Shown here piece after piece: positions 49,667-54,964 of a stretch of 54,964 nt of DNA (its first letter is position 1; each line of letters starts with the position of its first letter). The notes beneath the pieces were generated by a model. It searched no databases. It was not told where the DNA came from and saw only the letters and a program-made list of their open reading frames with translations. The position numbers were made by a program, and so were the translations under genes. The DNA is from Rhizaria sp. SCN 62-66. Taxonomy: Eukaryota. Where the stretch lies: the NCBI GenBank assembly GCA_001724265.1, contig MEDY01000364.1:1-54964 (forward strand). Direction: 5' to 3'.

Positions 49667-52600
49667 GTGAACATGAGGATCTGGTGTAGCGCCGCAGTCA
49701 GCGCAGTTGTGTTGTTGCCGCCGTCCGTCTCGCTGCTGCTGTTCGGGGCGCCGGCGCTCGCGGCGCCAGAGTTCGTCGGCGCCGCCGCCGCCGTGCTCGC
49801 GCTGAGGTTGCCCGCGCCCGTGACGGCGCCGGTAATGGCGAGCGCGGCCAGCAGCGCCTCAAGCTTCTGCAGCGCGGGATCGTTGCTGCCGCTTTGGCCC
49901 TGCGCCTGCGCCTGCGCCTGCGCAGCCTGCGCCTGCGCCTGCACCTGCGCATGCGCCAGCGCCAGGGCGGACGCGAGGCCCGCGAGCGCGTTGTTGCCGT
50001 TAGCGTTGCCGCTATTGCCGGCGCTGCTGCCCGCGTTGTTGGCCTGGGACACCGTGCTGTTGCTGGTGGCGGAGCTGGGAGCAGGGCTGACAGTCCCCAT
50101 GTTGCCGTTCGCGTGGGCGGCGTTGTTGTTGTTGTTGCTGCTGCTGTTGTTGTTGCGGTGCGCGAGCGCGGCCGCAAGGCCCGAGGGGCCGTGGGCGGCC
50201 GAGTGGCCTGACGCGGGCGCGGCGGGCGCGGCGGCGACGGCGGAGCTGCTGGAGCTCGAGTGACCGTGCGGTGCGAGCGAGAAGGTCCCGTTGCCGAGCT
50301 GCTGCTGGTGCGGCTGAAAGCTGCCCAGGTTGTTGTTGTTACTGTTGCTCCCAGTCGCGGCGAAGCTGGCGCCGTACTGCTGCAGCTGCGTCAGGTTGGC
50401 GTTGAACGAGTTGGCCGTGTTGCCGTGGCCACCGCCGCCGCTGCCGGCGATGTTGCCCGTGTTGCTGCTGTAGCTACTCTGGCGGTGCAGCGGGGGCACG
50501 CCGCGCGCGGCGGGCGCGGAGTTGCCGTAGCCTTGCATCTGCGGCTGCTGTTGCTGCAGTTGCTGCTGCTGAGGCTTCTTGCTGCCGCTGCCGCTGCTGC
50601 CGCTGCCGCCGCCGCTCGTGAGCGCAGGCAGGCCGACGCCCGTCGCGGCAGCCGCCGCGGCGACGACGGCCGCCAGCGCGGCCGCGACAGCCGCGTTGCC
50701 GCCGAAGCCCGCGCCGGTGCCGTTGGCGCTGGCGGCGTTGTTGGCGCTGCCGTTGCCGTGGGGCGAGACGGCGGCGTTGACGGGCGTGAGGCCCGAGGGC
50801 AAGTTGGTCGTCGACGACTTGTTGACGCTGTTGTTGTTGCTGCCGTAGAAACCCGCGCTGTTGCCAGAGCTGGCCAGGGTGGGGGTGCCCCCGAACTGCC
50901 CGCGGTTCGCGAGCCCCGCCACGCCGCCGCTGCTGCTGTGCACCAGGCTGTTGTTGTTCATGCTCGTGCTGTTGCTGCTCGAGATGTGGTAGTTTGTCCC
51001 GGCCGCCGTCGTCGTGGGCGTCACCGACGAGGGCGTCTGCGAGCGCGAAAGCACCTGCGACAGCTGCAGAGACAGCGCCGATGGGATCGCGCGCTTGCCG
51101 CCGACGCCCACGACACCGGCGTTGGCCGCGGGGTTGGCGTTGTTGGCGGCCGAGCCCGCGGCCGAGTTAGGATACGCGTCGCTGCCGCTGCCGCTCGGCG
51201 CGGCGCTGCTGATGCGCACGTTCGCCTGGCCGGGGCTGCTCTGGCCCTGTTGCTGCTGCTGCTGCTGCTGCTGCTGTTGGAGCGAGAGCAGCTGCAGCAG
51301 TGCGAGCTGTTCGTGTGACTGCAGCTTATGCAATTGCCCGCTCTGAAGCAGCGACGTCAGCAGCGCGTGGGCGTTGGGCACAGGCGCAGCGTTCGCGTTG
51401 CCGATGTTGTTGCCGTTGTTGTTGTTGTTGTTGTTGCTGCCGGTACTCGAGATCGAGGGTCCAGGGCTCACCGCGAGCAGGCTGGCGCCAGTGACAGGAC
51501 TCATGAACATCTGCTGGTGGCCGTGGTGCGCGCCGGGATGACCATGGGCAGCGGCGGCAGCAGCCGCGGCGGCCGCGGCGGCCGCAGCGGCGGCAGTGGT
51601 CGTCGTGTAGCCCCCCGCGCCCGCGCCGCCCATGTTGCCCATGAGGCCCATGTTGTGGCCGTGGCCGTGGCTATGGCTGTGGCTGTGGCTCAGACTGAGC
51701 GACTGGCTGTGGCCGGACGAGTGGCTGTGCGCCGCGCCGCCGTAGCTCGCCCCGCTCATGTTGTTATTGTTGCTGCCGTTGTTGAAGCCGCCACCCATGT
51801 TGTTCATGCTGTTGAGAGCGCTGAGCGCGAGCGCCTGGTTGAAGCTAGGCCCCAGTCCAGAGAGGCCTTGGCCGCCGGGCCCGCCGGTCACGACCGCGGC
51901 CGCCGCGGCGGCGGCTGCGGCCGCGGCGGCGTTGAGCGCCATGTGGTGATGGTTCATCATGTTGACGCCGCCGTTGACGCCGAGCAGCGCGCCGGGGCCC
52001 AACCCCGGCACGAGGCCGTAGCCGGGGCCGGCCATTCCAGGCCCGGGGCTGGGCGCGCCCGCCGACACGGTCATCATGTTGGCCGTCGCCGACGCCGCGG
52101 CCGCGGCCGCCGCGGCCGCCTTGTGCGGATCCCAGCCGCGCGGGTGCATGTGCTTGCACTGGACGTTGGCGCAGGCCTTGCCGCGGTGGCACACGTAGCG
52201 TCGGCTCTTGGGGTGCTGCAGCTCGCAGTAGTAGTCGTCGCACTTGCGGCCGAAGGGGCACACGCCTTCCTCGGGCACCGGCGGCTGCCACCCTGCCGGG
52301 TGCAAGAACGGACAGCAGTACTTGACGCACGACGCCTGCTGCGTGCACTTGCGCGGCCGCGACGGCGGGTGCGCGCGCGGGCACGAAAAGTCCGCGCACG
52401 TCGCGCCCGTCTCGCACGGGAGCGACTTGGGGTTCGGCCCCGCGGACCGCGGAGTCGGCGCCGCGGCGGCGGCCGTGGCAACAGTCACCGAGGCCACGCC
52501 TGCAGAGGAGTCGGCCGGTAAGGTCTTGGCGATTGCCACGCTGTTGATGTTATTCAACGCAAGGTCTTGGTCTTGCGCAATGACGTTGCTGAACGTAGCC

Positions 52601-53847
52601 TTGGCCGCTGACTCAGAGGGATCCGCGGCGTTGGTGTAGACGCTGTTGCTGTGGCAGAGGCCGGTGACGTGGGAGTTGCTCCCCGAGATGTGGTTGCTGC
52701 CACCAGGAGTAGGGTACAGCGCCGCGATGGCCGCCGCTTCCGCGTCCGCGTCGGCGTCCGCCGTCGTGTGGTCGGCAGCGGAGGCAGTGCCGCCGCCGCC
52801 GTTGTCGTCGTCGCTGCCTACGTTGTCATCGTCAGCTGCAGCGGCGGCCGCGACGGCGACAGCGGCGGCAGCGGCGGCGGCGTCGACGTCGGTTGTCGTG
52901 CAGGGGCGCGCTTTGCCGTTGCTCGTCGCCCAAGCCCCAGTCGCAGAGCCGGGAATAGCAGCGTTGGTGCCGCCCTTGATGCTGTTGGCGCAGTTGTTGC
53001 CGTTGCCGTTGCCATTGTTACTACTGCTGTTGTTATTCAAGTCCGGAGTAGTCGCGGAGACAGGGCCAGCAACGCCTCTACCGGCGTCCCCGCGGCCAGC
53101 GCCCGCAGTCGCAATGAGGGCGGAAGGCAGGCGGGGCACTGCTTTTGCCGCGCCGCTAACCGCGACGACGCCGAGCTGCTGCTGGTGAGGGGATAGCGAG
53201 TGGTGCGGGTGCATGGGGAGCCCCACAGGACTGCTGGCCGCGCCAGCGGCAGCGGCGCTGGCAATGCTCGGACTGGTCGGGGCTGCGGCAGCGGCGGGGC
53301 TTTGCTGCGCGATGTTGCGAGGATACTGAGGCATGCCGCTACCGCTGCTGCTGCCACCGCCGCCGCTGTTCCAGCCCAGAGCTCCGTTACCGCTGCCGGT
53401 GGCGCTCGATGCGCCCGGCGAGGCGGTGAGCGCGACGTCGCCAGCGGTCACGACGGCGCTGGTGCTGCCGGCGGCCCCGGGCCCGACTATGGTGGCGGGG
53501 GTCGCAGAGTTGTTGGGGCCAGCAAGACTCCCGCCACTGGTGCTTGGGGCGTTGTGCGGCGGCTGCAGCAGCTCGCCGACGATGACAGGGGCGGGGACGC
53601 GCGCCGAGGTGCCCGATGGGGCAGCTGCGGAGGCCGCGGCCGTCGTGGAGATCGAGGGGTTGGACGAGCTTGCGGCCGTTGCAGTGCTGGGTCCGTGCGG
53701 CACCCCGCTGGCTGCCGCGGCGCCATGTGCAGGTGCATTGCGGTCTGTGCTAGTCGCAGGCGCGGTGGCAGTCTTGGGGGGCGTCGCGGGGGCGGCCGCG
53801 CGTTGGGACGGTAGGACCATCGAGAGTGGCGGGATGAATGAGCTCAT
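46891..53847 (-). CDS. 2318-aa low-complexity (N/G/S/A/Q/H-rich) protein with four tandem CCCH zinc fingers of Nab2-type spacing
   Basis: Single uninterrupted ORF. At ~52130-52420, four C-x5-C-x4-C-x3-H units each followed by P (CETGATCADFSCPRAHP, CTQQASCVKYCCPFLHP, CPFGRKCDDYYCELQHP, CHRGKACANVQCKHMHP). C-terminal poly-Q; ends in TAA. Confidence 0.8.
46921..47150 (-). repeat. CAG/CAA coding repeat (poly-Gln) at the zinc-finger protein C-terminus
   Basis: Directly visible (CTG/TTG)n on the + strand. Confidence 0.9.
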
Positions 53848-54867
53848 GCCGACTCCTAAGGGCTGGATAACGCCCAGGAACGCGTCTCTAGAGAAGGAAA
53901 GCGCCAGGAAAGGTCGGTTGTGGCGGGGTAACTGCGTGATTCAAGAATAATTTAATGTCAGACGTGGCAGGATGCAAAAAGATGGATTTGAACAGGGTTT
54001 GGTGACTGTGAGCGGTCGAGTGCAATAAAGCTATCGTCGTGAGGACACAAGAAAAGATTAAAATGGAGTCATTGGAATTGTTTTGAGATTTGCAGGCCAC
54101 AGTAAACCGCCCCTTTCACACATTTCGCATTCCATGCACGGCAAGCACGGCGTGAAGCAGTCGCTGCGCATGAGCTACGACGAGCGCGATCCTGGAGGAG
54201 TGCTTTTTTTGATACTGGTACAGCAGCTCACAGTATTGCTGTTTTGCAGATTAAGCAATTAAATCAAATAATTCACGCCACAATACCAACGCGCATCGAT
54301 ACTAACTCGTCCAACCACCCTGCGCACACCACTTTATGCCGCACACAAGGTTCGTTTAGGACTCTGAGAATCGTTAAGGAGACGCAGACCAGCCCGACCT
54401 GACCGACACCCACGGTCTCGCCACTGCGGAACGGCAAGGCAACGTGATCATGATGCATTTTCTTCTGCACAGTCCGCAAAATCAAGCAAAGTTAGACATT
54501 GAGAGCTAGTTGGTGATACACAGATATTATTTCAAGTATTTTGAAAAATACATTCCAAGATTGAGTGAAATTTGTCGACGTTTATTCTTCCAGAAAGAAG
54601 AGTGCGGACCTCGAAAAAATCACACGGAACGCAATGTACATGTACTACGTTAAATGCATCACACACAAGAGAGATAGAGATAATGAGAGAACCAACCAGC
54701 CACAGAGAGAGTCGGGAGCCAGAGCAAGAGATTCCGAAAAGCAATGTTTGTCGTGCCTGCCAACCGCGAGCCCAACAGGAGATGACGACTGTAACAAGTC
54801 AGTCGGCTACGGTTGACTCGATGGATGTCAAGGCGCGACATTCGATGTGCTAGACCGAGTCAATTAC

Positions 54868-54963
54868 TTACTGGGAGCCGGCAGCAGCGCGGGGAGGGCG
54901 GTCACCACGGGGGGGGCGGTCGCCGGCGGGGCGGTCACCACGGGGGGGGCGGTCGCCGGCGGG
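54868..54963 (-). CDS. 3' end of a gene encoding PAGDRPPRGDRPAGDRPPRGDRPPRAAAGSQ-stop (possibly the eS10/RPS10 tail or another RNA-binding protein)
   Basis: 33-bp tandem unit reads in frame as GDRP repeats ending in TAA at 54870-54868, with an abrupt GC rise typical of exons here. Identity uncertain. Confidence 0.5.
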   Translation of the reverse strand, partial: PAGDRPPRGDRPAGDRPPRGDRPPRAAAGSQ

Positions 54964-54964
54964 G

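Noticed and set aside
54890-54964. G-rich 33-bp tandem repeat as telomeric, CRISPR or G-quadruplex element
   Set aside because: Unit length is a multiple of 3 and translates cleanly on the minus strand to GDRP repeats ending in TAA; no spacers.

Overview
Gene-dense eukaryotic (protist-like) nuclear DNA. Exons are very GC-rich; introns (GT-AG, 131-213 nt) and intergenic spacers are AT-rich. About 13 protein-coding loci are visible: WDR24-like WD40 protein (partial), kynurenine 3-monooxygenase, two tandem papain-family proteases, DUS1-like tRNA dihydrouridine synthase, Vps45, an internally deleted RPL36, SmF, condensin CAP-H, a GRAM+VASt lipid-transfer protein, ASCC3/Slh1 helicase, a 2318-aa low-complexity CCCH zinc-finger protein, and the 3' end of a GDRP-repeat protein. 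Main finding: seven in-frame TAG codons interrupt four otherwise intact genes, including one inside the ASCC3 helicase core. These genes have no in-frame TAA or TGA, and all 12 inferred gene ends use TAA (8) or TGA (4). This points to a nuclear genetic code in which UAG alone is a sense codon (Gln favoured, Leu not excluded) while UAA remains stop. Secondary signals: splice-acceptor-like sites just upstream of most start codons (possible SL trans-splicing), pyrimidine at +4 of 5' splice sites, a KMO ending in PTS1-like AKL, and large low-complexity expansions of conserved proteins. All gene identities come from manual motif recognition; no database searches were run.
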